Positions 12,178 through 23,952 of a stretch of 64,000 nt of DNA are shown piece after piece (position 1 is the first letter of the stretch; each line of letters opens with the position of its first letter). The DNA lies in NCBI RefSeq assembly GCF_011745625.1, contig NW_027191483.1:124001-188000 (forward strand), given 5' to 3'. The notes under the pieces were generated by a model, which searched no databases, was not told where the DNA came from, and saw only the letters and a program-made list of their open reading frames with translations. Position numbers and translations under genes: made by a program. Source of the DNA: Cladosporium halotolerans. Taxonomy: Eukaryota.

Positions 12178-12917
12178 AGAGCAAAAGTTGCCGTGCTCCT
12201 ACGGGAGGCGGCTTAGCGATGGCGCTTTTGATTTTGGGTGGAGAGAATCAAAAAAAAAATGGGAGGCTTCAAAAGCACCGAGCGTTCAGCGCGACACGAT
12301 AGCATGTGGGAGCGGAGTTTTTGTTCATATGGTAGTCTTCTGATATGTTTGAGATAGAGATATCCCAACCAATTTTTATCGTCGCATCATCTTTGTTATC
12401 AGAATCATCTTTGTCAAGCATGTCATATTTACATCTTCTGTCTTGGGTAGATAGATAGGGAAACAAGCGCCCTGCAAGTGATTCGTCTGCCGCGAATGCC
12501 ATGTTCTCCATTGGAAACCCGAGCTAAAATCTTATGCTGCAACCGCCCATCGCACAGATATGGCTCGTTTTAAGCGTGCGGTGTTTGCAAGTAGAGTTGC
12601 GATCGACGTAAACTAAAAGCGTCTCCCTAGGAATAAGCAGGCCAATGTGCGCGACAGAGGTCGATGAGTTCGCAGAGACCCAATGCTGTAAGTTGCGCAA
12701 GATGGATCGAGCCCTAAAGACCAGACGTTGCGATGTATGGGAGAAACGAGACGCAGAAAAGTGTGTGATATACATACAGACCGGCTGCCACAAAAGCAGC
12801 CGACGCCTGCAATCTCGGCCAGGGTATTCGTGCGGCCATATTTTACAGTCCCAATTTTCGTGCACCGTGACCAAAAACTCCTCGCAGTAAATGCCCATGT
12901 CAAACCCAAAGATCCCT

Positions 12918-13364
12918 CTATTTCCTCTTCTTGGTGTTGAACTTCTTGCTCTCTGTTCCAAGACCGTCAGTACTGCCCTCCGCACGATTTTCAGTGTTCC
13001 TTCGCAGTTATTTGACTCACCTGCTGCTGTCTTCTTCTTCTTGGGCGCGCCCTTTCCTCTGCTCTTCGCGATGAGAATGTGCTCTAACCGATCCTCCTCG
13101 AAGTCGTTGTAGGTCTCGAAGCCTGGGTAGAGCTTCTGCAGGTCCTTGAACGTAGCGACTCGGCGCGGGTAGTATGCTGCGAGTGCAGGACCGCGCAGGC
13201 GCTGGCGAAGGACCTTGTTTCCGAGGCGCTCGCCGGTTGGGTTGAAGATGCTGCCGAAGATGCCGCACTGGACCTGAAGGGGGATCAGCGCGTGGAGTAT
13301 GAGGATGCCAGAGACAACGACACACCTTCATGAGGTCAACGACTCTTGAGCGAGGGACTGCCAT
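12918..13364 (-). CDS. RSM27: Mitochondrial small-subunit ribosomal protein mS33/Rsm27; introns 13274-13325 and 12953-13020
   Basis: Spliced product MAVPRSRVVDLMK-VQCGIFGSIFNPTGERLGNKVLRQRLRGPALAAYYP...KSRGKGAPKKK...ESKKFNTKKRK. Confidence 0.9.
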
Positions 13365-13626
13365 GGTGATATGCTGCTAAGCCGATGCGAGTACCTTCGC
13401 GCCTTCAAGGGTTGAAGTCAGTCAGCGCCGCCATCTTGAAGTCCGTGCTTGGCATCACCGAGCGACGCGGACTTGCGCGCTGATCGCCGCAAGCGCTTGG
13501 GGCATTCAGTGAAGACAACTTCAACCTCTGATAAATTCAATCATCACAAATCATCGCAATCTACGCGGCTCATCTCCACGTTGCTAGTCGCTAGAGCAGC
13601 GCTGAGGAGAGTCGACACTACACAAA

Positions 13627-14748
13627 ATGATGAAACGATCGCACGACGAGCCGCACGGGTCTGGCACCAAGAAGCTTAGAGGTGCCCATCAACCCGACCA
13701 TGACCGCAAGCATTCGACACCACAGCAAGGTAGCAGAAATGAAAGGGGTCGTCAAGATTTACCGAGAAAGGAAATCGATTCCAAAGCCGTCTCGCATCAA
13801 CTTCCGCCATCATCTTCAGCCAAAGCAGACGCTCCCGCCTACACGCCCTTCACTGTGACAAAGAACCTCCCCGACCTTCCCGAGATCTACGACCCGAAAC
13901 TTGCAAACTCACCTTTTGTGCACAAATCCTTCGGCTATGACCGCACCTCGACAACCACAGACCTCAGCTACGAACGCCTCGAGTTCCTCGGCGACGCCTA
14001 CCTGGAACTCTTCGCCTCCCGCCTGATCTTCCACCACTTTCCCGCCCTACCAGCAGGCGCCCAATCCCAAGTCCGCGAACTGCTCGTCAAGAACGAGACG
14101 CTCTCCGAGTATGCCCGCCTCTACAGCTTCGAGACCAGAGTCAAAGTTGCCGATATGGAGCACATGCTTCGTGACGCCAAAGACCGCGGCAACAAGGGTC
14201 TCAACAAGATCCTCGGCGACGTCTTCGAAGCGTACATAGCCGCGATCGTGCTGTCCGATCCCGAACAAGGATTCGTGCGCGCAGAGGCGTGGCTCACGGC
14301 TTTGTGGGCGCCGAAGCTGATTGAGGCTGCTGCGTCGCAAAAGTTTAGCAATCCTTCGCTCGCGTTGCAGACTCCCGAGGGCTCGGATCCGCGGGCCACT
14401 TACAGCCCGACCGGGAAAGCGGATCTGCAGAGGAAGATCCAGGCGTACGATGCGAAGCTTACTTACTCGCCTTATAAGGACTCTGTCGAGCTGAAGGGCG
14501 ATCAGCTTGGGCAGAACAGGCATTTCATCGCTGTATACCTCACGGGCTATGGGTATGAGAACAAGCTTCTTGGTAAGGGTGAAGGCAAGAACAAGGTTGA
14601 AGCTGGAAACTGGGCTGCGGTTGAGGCGATGAATGGAGAATGTAAGGGAATCGTTGAGGAGTGCGGAAAGAAGCTCGCCGAGATGAAGGAGAAGAAGAGA
14701 CAGGAGAAGGAGGCGAGGGAGCTGGCAGTCAGTAGTAATGGCAAGTGA
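13627..14748 (+). CDS. RNT1: Ribonuclease III (Rnt1/Pac1-type, single RNase III domain plus dsRBD-like C-terminus)
   Basis: RNase III signature YERLEFLGDAYL and GDVFEAY; C-terminal GKGEGKNKVEAGNWAA resembles a dsRBD. Confidence 0.85.
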   Translation: MMKRSHDEPHGSGTKKLRGAHQPDHDRKHSTPQQGSRNERGRQDLPRKEIDSKAVSHQLPPSSSAKADAPAYTPFTVTKNLPDLPEIYDPKLANSPFVHKSFGYDRTSTTTDLSYERLEFLGDAYLELFASRLIFHHFPALPAGAQSQVRELLVKNETLSEYARLYSFETRVKVADMEHMLRDAKDRGNKGLNKILGDVFEAYIAAIVLSDPEQGFVRAEAWLTALWAPKLIEAAASQKFSNPSLALQTPEGSDPRATYSPTGKADLQRKIQAYDAKLTYSPYKDSVELKGDQLGQNRHFIAVYLTGYGYENKLLGKGEGKNKVEAGNWAAVEAMNGECKGIVEECGKKLAEMKEKKRQEKEARELAVSSNGK

Positions 14749-15150
14749 GGTCCTGTTTGTACGCCAAAGTGCAATGAGCTTGAAATCCCGTACAAAGTCC
14801 AAACTTCAATGTCCAAAGGTGAGGCAATTTCGATTTCATTTCTGGTGTGGAAAGGAGTTTTAATTTCAATTCTGGCGTGGGAAGGGACCTCCCAGAATAT
14901 CCAATGCGGTCGACCCCAACGCGCATTGATTGAAAGTCGCGTAAAGCAGCGGAACGGTTGCCCTGCAGGGCGGCGGGCGGCAAGCTTGCGGCACGCCGGC
15001 GGCAGGACCCTCTACCGAATATTGATGGCCTGCTCCACTTTGACGCCAGCCCAGTAGCACCACTCGCCTCTTTCTCTGCTCGCACTTTGCGACGCACACC
15101 ACATTTGCCCCTCTTCTATATACGACTCTCTCGTCGTATTGTTCGGCACC

Positions 15151-16589
15151 ATGGACGACGGAAGCTACACAGACGCAACACTGGCCTTCTCCAACTGGCT
15201 GCAGGCGAACGGAACGACGGTCTCGGAGAAGATCGACTTGGTCGATCTGCGGGCCCAAGGCGCTGGCAGAGGCGTTGGTATGTTCAGACGAGACCGCAGG
15301 GGCGACTGCAGTGTATACTGACGAATGTCAAAGTCGCCAAAGAGAACATCGCTGAGGACGAAACCCTGTTCAGCATCCCCCGCGCAACGATTCTGTCGAC
15401 CGAAACTTCTTCGATCCCCGCCAGCATCTCCGCCGAAGTGCAAGATCCATGGCTCTCGCTGATTGTCACCATGCTGTACGAATACCAACAGGCCAAAGAC
15501 TCCAAGTGGGCGGCCTACTTCGACGTGCTGCCCGCCGACTTCGACTCGCTCATGTACTGGTCTGAGGCTGAACTCAAGGACCTCCAGGGCAGCGCGGTCG
15601 TCGACAAGATCGGCAAGGCCGGCGCCGACGAAACCTTCCAAGAGCAGATCCTGCCGCTGGTATACGCAAACGTCGAGGCGTTCCGGGCGCAGAGCCTCAG
15701 CAACGAGCAGCTGCTCGCGTTGTGCCACCGCATGGGCTCGACGATCATGGCGTACGCCTTCGACCTGGAGCCGGCCGGGGGCGCGGCGGAGCAGTCGCAG
15801 GAGGAGTGGGAAGAGGATTCTGAAGATGGCATGGGCGCCGCTGTGCTGCCCAAAGGCATGGTGCCGCTGGCGGACATGCTGAATGCCAATGCGGACCTGA
15901 ACAATGCCAAGCTCTTCCACGAGGACGACGCGGTCGTCATGCGCAGCATCAAGCCTATCGCCGCCGGCGAGCAGATCTACAACGATTACGGCTCGCTGCC
16001 GCGTGCGGACCTGCTGCGCCGCTACGGTTACGTTACGGATGAGTATGCCAAATACGACGTCGTCGAGCTCAGCGAGGACTTGATTTCAGAGACGGCCAAG
16101 GAGCAGCTCCGCCTGTCGGACTCGGACTTGAGCGTCCGCATGACCTACCTCGACGAGCAGGCCGGTTTGGACTCCGGCTACGACATCGCACACCCTGATG
16201 GCGAGGACGGTGCGTTCCCAGAAGAGTTCTGCGTGCTGCTGAACGCCCTGACGACTGCCGCGCCGGAGTTCGAGAAGATGCAGAAGAAGGAGAAGCTGCC
16301 GAAGTCGGACCTCACGCCAGCGTCGCTTGAGCTTTTGTACACGATGCTGCTGCGACGTAGGGCAGAGTACGGTGTGAACGACGCTGACTCTCTCCGTACA
16401 CAGCTGTCCAACAGCGAGAACTCGCGACGAAAGGCCACGGCCCTGCAAGTGGTGGTCGGCGAGCTCGAGCTCCTCGGCAAAGTTGCAGCTCACGTGCAAG
16501 AGAAGATCGGAAGCGGCAACAAGAAGCGGAGCGCGGACACGTTCGAAGAAGAGGCGCAGGAGGTGGCGGCCAAGAAAGCGAAGAACTGA
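15151..16589 (+). CDS. RKM4: SETD6/Rkm4-like SET-domain lysine methyltransferase; intron 15278-15333
   Basis: GAGRGVVA, MVPLADMLNA, GEQIYNDYG, DLLRRYGY, followed by a Rubisco-LSMT-like substrate-binding region. Confidence 0.85.
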
Positions 16590-16726
16590 GAAGACGGCAA
16601 GAAGTCAAGAAGAGAAAAAGGGGGTATCATCATTATCTAAACGTCTGCCCGGCTATCCTACAAAGGCGCGTCGAAGAAAAAAGGACCAGTCCCGCGCTGA
16701 CCTCGGAAAAAAGAAAAGACTTTCGA

Positions 16727-18646
16727 TCATCCAGCGTTGCCGGTGGAAGCCACTCGCTGCAACTGCGGCTGCACGGGAACTCCTGGGGCACCGGCGCCAG
16801 GGAGCGACTGTCGGTTGCCGGTATCTGGCCTTCGGACGCTGCCATTCAACGCGGTCCGGTAATCGAAAATCTTTGCGTCGGAAACGGCGAACCAGTCGTC
16901 CATCTCTTCATCGCTATCATCCGAATCCGTTACTACCGTCCGGCAAAGCCCTGGCTGTCGTTGCTTCCTGGCCTCCAGGTGCATGATTCCACCGCGTCCT
17001 CGTCGAAGTCTACAAGCTGGTGTAGGTTCACGTTGCATCGGCGCATCAAAAGGCGAGGCCTCTCTGGGCCATGCACCTGGCATAGATCTAATGATGAATT
17101 CGGGTTCTGGCGATTCTCCTGCCTTCACCGGTGCTTCCTGTGGAGGCGAAGGCGGGGCAGAAGCATCCGGCATCTCCGTGTCGCCATCCTTCTGCGAGCC
17201 TTCTGAAGGCAAGGTAGGTGGCGGTGTTGGATAGGAAGCTCCTTGTGGCGAAGGCAAGAATCCCCACTTCGGTCGCTCTTCTGCTGACTCGGCTGGAGGA
17301 GTAATTGGCTGCCAAGTCTTGTCCTCCCAGCCTTTGTTCCAGTTGAGGTGCTGTTGCTTCTTCGTATCGACAGTTTTCTCCAAAAGGTCGAAGGTCTCCC
17401 GGAGCTGCTCTTCCAACATCGGCAGCTCGTTCTCCGTCGCTTGACGGTCGAGACTGGGCCGTTGCTGGCCAGGTATCTTGATTGTTGGAGTGCGAGAGTC
17501 GGCTGTGCTTTGGCGCGCTTTGGGCTTGGGTGCAGGCTGCAACTGGTTAGCATTCTGGACTTCGTTCTCGCCCGAAACGCGACTCACTCGTTGGTTGACG
17601 AGAAGCTCCTCGTCATCGCCTTTCTCGCCAATGATGCCCCTCTCCTGTTTGACCTTCTTGAGCTGGCCACGCGACTCGAACACCTTTCTGGCCGTCTCGA
17701 GACTCTGTTTGTTCAACTGCTCTCGCTGGTTGACCATCTGGACCAGTTGTCGAGATTGCTCGAGCTCCAGACGAAGCTTCTTCAGCTTCTCAACAATCTG
17801 GGCGTCTCTGCCGCGGGTCTTGCGGGTCTGCCTAACTTCACGCCTTCGGAAACACACGTACGGGTCTGCATCGTCGGCATCGGATGTGTTGTCGAGCAAA
17901 CGAAGCTTGATCGAGGGCATGATGGCCTTGCTGTCTTTTCGCAACATCCAATGAGGATAGATGACCTTCAGCCATTTCTGGGCCTCCAACGACACGTTCT
18001 CGTCAATGTTCTGTTCCATTTCGTCAAATGACGGCACAGGCGACTTGTCAATATCTGCGAAAGGTTGGAGGCGCTGTATGGTTTCTTCGAAGAAACTCAT
18101 AACCTCCTCAAAGGTGTCTTCGGAACAGTTGCTAAGCTTGTCCTTGCGACTGTTGCCGTTGACATCTTTGCCTTCGTTCAGCTTCGCTAGGATAGCGACA
18201 TCTTGGTCATCCATGCAATAAGGCACGCCGACGCTCTCTTCGACAGTCGAACTGAAACGAATGTACGTCGACGGCGAAGTGAACTTCTTGGGATAGAGCT
18301 TGTCATATTCGACACCCTTGGCCTTGACGGCATCGGGCGTTGGAATGAAGCTTTGCTGGGTCTTTTCGCCCAACGCAGCTGTGCTCGCACTATGTATTAC
18401 TTGCTGAAGATGGTATTCCTGTAAAAAGGTAAGTATGCGAAGCATCGAACGACGACGGTAAGTGAATAGATAACATACAATTTCCTCGGCCTTCTCAACA
18501 CCTGTCTCAACCTGAGGAATATTCCGCTGCGCCTCATCTTCGGGGAGCTCTTCGATCTCGTCCTCCTTGATGATGCGCAGCGGCTGCTTCGTGTTCAACT
18601 TGCGCTGGCGGACATGGCGTGCATTGCTGGCGCGCGTCGAGGACAT
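16727..18646 (-). CDS. EPL1: Enhancer of polycomb-like protein 1 (NuA4 subunit); introns 18419-18478 and 17537-17587
   Basis: RHVRQRKL, ETGVEKAEE-EYHLQ, YIRFSSTVEE, YCMD, DPYVCFRRREVRQTRKTR. Confidence 0.95.
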   Translation of the reverse strand: MSSTRASNARHVRQRKLNTKQPLRIIKEDEIEELPEDEAQRNIPQVETGVEKAEEIVCYLFTYRRRSMLRILTFLQEYHLQQVIHSASTAALGEKTQQSFIPTPDAVKAKGVEYDKLYPKKFTSPSTYIRFSSTVEESVGVPYCMDDQDVAILAKLNEGKDVNGNSRKDKLSNCSEDTFEEVMSFFEETIQRLQPFADIDKSPVPSFDEMEQNIDENVSLEAQKWLKVIYPHWMLRKDSKAIMPSIKLRLLDNTSDADDADPYVCFRRREVRQTRKTRGRDAQIVEKLKKLRLELEQSRQLVQMVNQREQLNKQSLETARKVFESRGQLKKVKQERGIIGEKGDDEELLVNQRVSRVSGENEVQNANQLQPAPKPKARQSTADSRTPTIKIPGQQRPSLDRQATENELPMLEEQLRETFDLLEKTVDTKKQQHLNWNKGWEDKTWQPITPPAESAEERPKWGFLPSPQGASYPTPPPTLPSEGSQKDGDTEMPDASAPPSPPQEAPVKAGESPEPEFIIRSMPGAWPREASPFDAPMQREPTPACRLRRGRGGIMHLEARKQRQPGLCRTVVTDSDDSDEEMDDWFAVSDAKIFDYRTALNGSVRRPDTGNRQSLPGAGAPGVPVQPQLQRVASTGNAG

Positions 18647-19324
18647 CAGCGGCTAGCTCCGCGTTCTCGGCCAAAGCCGGGCTGGCTCCGGGCGCAAAAC
18701 TCTTCGCAGCGCGCGGTCGGTCGCGCGAGGCGGTCAAGACGCGGCTGACGGCGCACGCAGCCTCGCGGCGCAGGCGAAACGGGTATCAAAAGATGCGCCG
18801 GGCCCGGATTCAGATGGCGACGTGGTTTGGGGAATTTGGGGACGGGCTGCGTGGTGGTGTCGATGATTTCGTGATGGCCGGGCGGACGCGACGGGCGTTG
18901 AAGTTCCAGCAGGGGGCAGGCAAGAGCGCGGCCGACGTCTTTGCCCGGCGCTTCCGCGTCAGCGTTGGCGAGGTGGCAACGGATTCCTGGCCTCGGAAGC
19001 GCGGCACGGCCCGCTGCGTAGCGCCATTGTGAGACTGTGGTTCGCGAGATGCGTTTCCCAGCCATCGGTGGCAGCAGCATGAGCTTGACGCACACTGCAC
19101 TTGGTAGGGTTGATGGTGTCGATATGAAGGATCTTGAGCGCCGTCGCTCCATGTTTTGGTTGTGTACAAACTCATCAGCAGAACAACCATGTATTCACTT
19201 GGCTTGCGCGCAGTAAGCTTTCATCTGATGGCTTCTGCTTCCAATTTGAGACACTTCACTCCTACTCTAGACATCGTCTCGTATTTCCATTTTGCGATAT
19301 ATCTTTGTTGTCGAGACTTATAGC

Positions 19325-20453
19325 ATGTCCATCTCTGACGAGATCAATCTCTCCACGCTCCCGCCGGCGTCAGGCACTGCACAAAAACATGTCTTGATAT
19401 TTTTCATCCCAGGCAACCCTGGCCTGGTCGAATACTACCGCCCATTCCTGATCAATCTGAAGAAGAACCTCGACAGTCAAGTATTTCAAAATGAATCTCA
19501 ACTTAAAGATACACAGTACCTCATCCACGGTGCAAGCCTTGCAGGCTTCGACGTCAACCCAGGCTCAAGGCAGACTCCCAGCACAGCCCAAGATTTCCCT
19601 CTGTCTCTGGACGCTCAAGTCGACGATGTGTACACCCGACTCGAATCCACGGCAAAGCGACTATGCATCGAGCATGACATAAAAAGCGATCTGCCCGTCG
19701 TGGTCATCGGCCACTCAATCGGGGCCTACATGGCCATGCAGACCGTCGCGAGATGGCAAGAGTCAGCGAAGGCCGGACCAACGCATACGAGAGCCTCGAC
19801 GGGTATCTGCCTCTTCCCCACAATCTACGAGCTCAACCTGAGTCCCACAGGACGCAAAGTCGGCGTGAGTGACCATACTTACTCTCCAACGACACCAGAA
19901 GACACGCTAACTCTGACCTCCAAACCAGCCCTTGACGAAAATCCCAGCCTTTGCACTCCTCGTCCACATCCTCGCAAAACTGCTCTTCCTCCTCGTCCCC
20001 TTCCACGCACTGACCTCCCTGATCCGCCTCATAATGGCCATGCCCCAACCCGGCGCCCACGTCACCGCCTCCTTCCTCAAAAGCCCCCACGGCGTGCGCC
20101 AAGCCCTGCACATGGCGAAAGACGAGCTCACGCAGCTGACGCACGACCAGTGGCCCGACGAGTTCTGGGACGCGTCGTCAGCCGCGAGCGTCGGCATCTC
20201 TAACGGACGTGCGTCCGTCGACAGCTGGCGCAACAGGCTGTTTTTCTACTGGGGTTCGGACGACCACTGGATCGCGCGGGAGACGCGCGACAGGGTCATT
20301 GCGACACGCGCGAGGGTTGAGGGAAAGGTGGGGCATGAGGGAAAGCCCGTTATGCAGGTTGATGGGAATGGGATTGGGCATGCGTTTTGTTTGAGTGAGA
20401 GTGGGAATCGGGTTGTTGCGGAGAAGTGTGCGGAGTGGATTGGGGGCCTTTGA
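19325..20453 (+). CDS. Lipid-droplet-associated alpha/beta hydrolase (LDAH-like); intron 19865-19928
   Basis: IPGNPGL oxyanion motif, GHSIG nucleophile elbow, LFPTI, FYWGSDDHW, HAFC. Confidence 0.85.
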
Positions 20454-20583
20454 GGTGTGCATGAGGACGTGGGCGAGCTTGCAAAAATGAAGTAGCACTC
20501 AAGCAGCCTGAAAATACAGTCTAGAATACAGTATGATTGTACAACCACCAATACAGCAGGAAGGTAAACCTCCCAAAAGCCCC

Positions 20584-20852
20584 TTACACAGTCCCCCTCG
20601 CATTAGGCCACTTCAGCAGCTCGCCCCTCGCCAGCCGCTCGTTCTCCTTCTCCCGACAGTCCTCACAAATAGCCGAGTAATCCTAGTCGAACGACTGCAC
20701 CGGATCCATCAAAATCCGATGCGGCCCGTTGACGCGGTCCCAGTGCCTCTTCTCGCCCGGATTGGATAGATGCACTCCTGGACCTCGTAGGGCTGCTCAA
20801 AGTCGTCGTTGAAGTGGCCGCACGCGAGGAGGTGGTTGATTCCGACGCACAT
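20584..20852 (-). pseudogene. Disrupted small Cys/His-rich protein (MC...CGH...C...CxxC type)
   Basis: MCVGINHLLACGHF...QECIYP shifts frame near 20762-20765 into (N)PGEKRHWDRVNGPHRILMDPVQSFD*DYSAICEDCREKE...TV*. The span is 269 nt, one short of 3n, and there is an in-frame TAG at 20683-20685. Confidence 0.55.
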
Positions 20853-21266
20853 GATGCGGTTTGGGTTTGGATGTGAGCGTGTAGGTAGGTTTTGATGGGT
20901 CTAGCGATGAGCGCATTTTGAGTGCAAAGCCTAGGGTCGATGTTTTTATACTTCAGCGTGTTCTGCATCTCTATGGTCAATTTGTACTTCACAATGGAGT
21001 CAGTATGTATTGAGGCTTGGGTGTGCCGCAGTGAACGGACGTCCAGCTGGTGAAGGATGCTTTTTCACTGCAGTTGGCCTTCCTCGAGTCCTTGCTGTTT
21101 CATTGCAGTAGCAAGCGAATCTACTGACTTTCAAGGAATCACTCTCACAACTGCTATCACGTGGAGCTTGTAAATTCTGCAAGGCACGACATCAGATGTT
21201 GATCATGTAGAGTCAGTGGACATGGGTAACCCAAAGAACAGTCATTCATTTCTCGCTAAAACCAAA

Positions 21267-22138
21267 TCATCGAAACTCGGCAACAGCCGGTGGCGCGACC
21301 TCTCTGTTAAAAGCGGCGTCGTGCACGTCCGAGTCCGGCTCAGGTAACGCTTGCCTCTCGAAAAGTCGAATCCACCACCCTGGCGGGTCCATCGGTCGGT
21401 GACCGTTGTGGGTCGATGGGTAGATGTCATTAAAGAAGTACCAAACTGCAAATACATTAGTGTCACTAGCCAACACAGACTCCATATGCAGGTCTCAACT
21501 TACTGTGGCCTACAACAATACCGCAAAGCTCGTCCTTAGGCCAGTGACCGTGCAATACCACATTGAACGCAATGAGGACCCACGGTAACCACGGAGCTTT
21601 GAAGGTGAGAAGCCCCAAGAAGCTCAATCTGGTGTCCGGGTTGCGTCTACTCCAGATGTAGACGAGCGTTGAGCTCAATGTGGTGCCGAGGAAGGCCTGG
21701 CTTGAGAGCGGCGCGATGGTGAGCAAGGTTGTTGCGGCGTAGAAGAGTAGCCACGCGAAGTGCGCAACGCTTGTCGCAGACTCCTCAAGCATTCGGGCGT
21801 ACCGCTGAATAAAGAAAATGTGGAATAGTAGGTTGAGAGATAAGGGTCCGAAGTAAATAAAAGTTGTAAGCAAGCGCCAGTACTACGGATCGTCAGCACT
21901 CTGAGCATACACCTACTTCGGAGCCGAGACTGTATCACCAACTTACCTGGCTCTTGTGGAATACGGCGCGGTAGCTGTAGAACAGCTGGAATGGGGTGAG
22001 GATATGACATTGTACCAACACGCCGGTGATGACCGTCGCTGTTGTCCACCATCTTGTGCAAACAGGCATTTCAAAGAACCACTGCTCCAGAGGAAGTTGT
22101 CCTAGCGGCCCATCACCGCCGCCGAGCATAGCCGCCAT
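21267..22138 (-). CDS. DER1: Derlin (ERAD membrane protein); introns 21883-21946 and 21446-21503
   Basis: EMPVCTRWW, SQ|YWRLLTTFIYFG, YIWSRRNP, LPWVL, GIVVGH|IWYFFNDIYP. Confidence 0.92.
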
Positions 22139-22768
22139 ATTGTTTGGTCGCTCGATTGGTGCACGCGATGAGGAATCCGGCGGTCGGAAGGCTTTACTGT
22201 GCTCGCATGCGAGTGTGAAGTTTCCCGAGTGGCTAGGCGGGTGGGCGAAGTTGTTAGTGTGATACCCTAAGTCTGTGGTTTGTCATTCGCAAAGACAGGT
22301 GTTGTCAGTGAGAACGGCGCAAAGGTGGCCAGTTTCAAAGTGACATCAAAGAAGCCCGCAGCGGCCGGGATGCGCCTCCCCCACGATGGCTGCAGGGCTC
22401 GGGTCCGTCAGCCGCGGAAGGCCAGCCGCTCGGCGCCAGCGCTTGAAGGCTTGCGCGCGAACCAAAACAACGCCCATTGCATGCCTCCCCCACCACTCGC
22501 TCTCTAGGCACACGACACGACCGGCGCGCGAATAAGATTGATGGACTTGCGAATACACCAGAAATTGGCTGCTGACCCTCTACCTTCGACTGGCTTATAG
22601 CGACGTATTCGGCATCGACGAACAGCAATTCGCCGGACGCGTCGCGATTGTGACCAAACACCTGGAGGACCTTAGGATTCAGCAAACCTCGCGTTTCCTG
22701 GTTGCATACACCGGATCTGCACAAAGCGCGTGTGGCTAGCCACTGCGTGAAATCAAAATCAGAGAAAG

Positions 22769-23354
22769 ATGGCGCGAACACAGACGAGCTCCGCAGCTCG
22801 CCAAGGGCGACCAAGCGGCGGGAAGAGTCCAGCAGGTGAGAGATTGACAAAGGCTCCTCGACGGAGAAGTGGCGCTGCATCTGGTCCTAGTACGTTTTCG
22901 CAGTGGAGCGAATTCGGGTGGCTCGTGGCATTGCGCTGACAGACCTCCAGCAAGTCCCGGCAATCGAAAGAAACCGCGCTACAAGCCTGGAACAGTCGCA
23001 CTACGCGAGATCAGACGATATCAGAAGTCTACGGACCTTCTAATGGCGAAGCTGCCGTTCGCACGTTTGGTATGTTCATTTGCTGTGGTTCACAAACAAC
23101 ACAGCATTTGTGCCTCGATCGCAAGACGGTTGCTAATGTTATATCAGGTGCGCGAGGTCGCGTTTAATGTGTCTCCTGCTAGTCTAGACGGTCACAGGTG
23201 GCAGTCACAAGCCATCCAAGCGCTACAAGAGGCAGCCGAAGCGTTTCTCGTGCATCTCTTTGAGGATACCAACCTCTGCGCGCTGCACGCGAAACGAGTT
23301 ACGATTATGCAGAAAGACATTCAGCTCGCAAGACGACTTAGAGGAGCTCCTTGA
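22769..23354 (+). CDS. CSE4: Centromeric histone H3 variant CenH3/CENP-A; introns ~22890-22950 (alternative donor 22836) and 23070-23147
   Basis: Histone fold [19 protein letters not shown]...[16 protein letters not shown] with CenH3 hallmarks: PFARL instead of PFQRL, longer loop 1, RWQS instead of RFQS, and a divergent N-tail. Confidence 0.93.
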
Positions 23355-23952
23355 GGGACGAGAAATCAGCGCGAAACATCGCGTGGCACTGGATGGTCAT
23401 CGCGGAATTTTCGGACTTCTTTTGTTGGGGCGGTCAAGGTTTTTAATTGCTTGTGTTCAGCGTCGGTGTTGGAGGCGTTTTGATTTGTGATTCCCACGCG
23501 CCAGCGCTTTCAGAGGGTTGTTGATGACCTGAGGCGGATGATGGAGAATCGAATTGAGAGTATTGTCGATCTTGCGAGTTCAGATAGAAAGTACCCATGT
23601 TCATCGGAGCTGCCACGCGGCTGTTGTACGATCACGACGCAAAATCAAGGTCTTTCATTCAAACCCACTTTGCTTGCTTTTTTTGGTGGCTTGCTCTCGC
23701 TGCAGCCTGGCTTTTTGGCATGTGAGCGGCGGCGCACGCTCTGACGTCGGCTGCACATCGCACTCCACCCCTCGGCGGCTTTGATGCGCACGTGTGATTT
23801 GGTTCCAGACATCTTTCGGTCTTGTCTCGCAGACACGCTTCTACGCACCACACCTCAGCCTACCCTAGGATGCATTATCCCAGGACAGACTTGCTTTGAT
23901 CCGCGCACATATTTTCAACAGCAGAGCACCTTCGGTGCTCCAGTCTGCAGGC

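Noticed and set aside
14047..15920. 251-aa antisense ORFs over RNase III and RKM4
   Set aside because: High-GC3 shadow frames.
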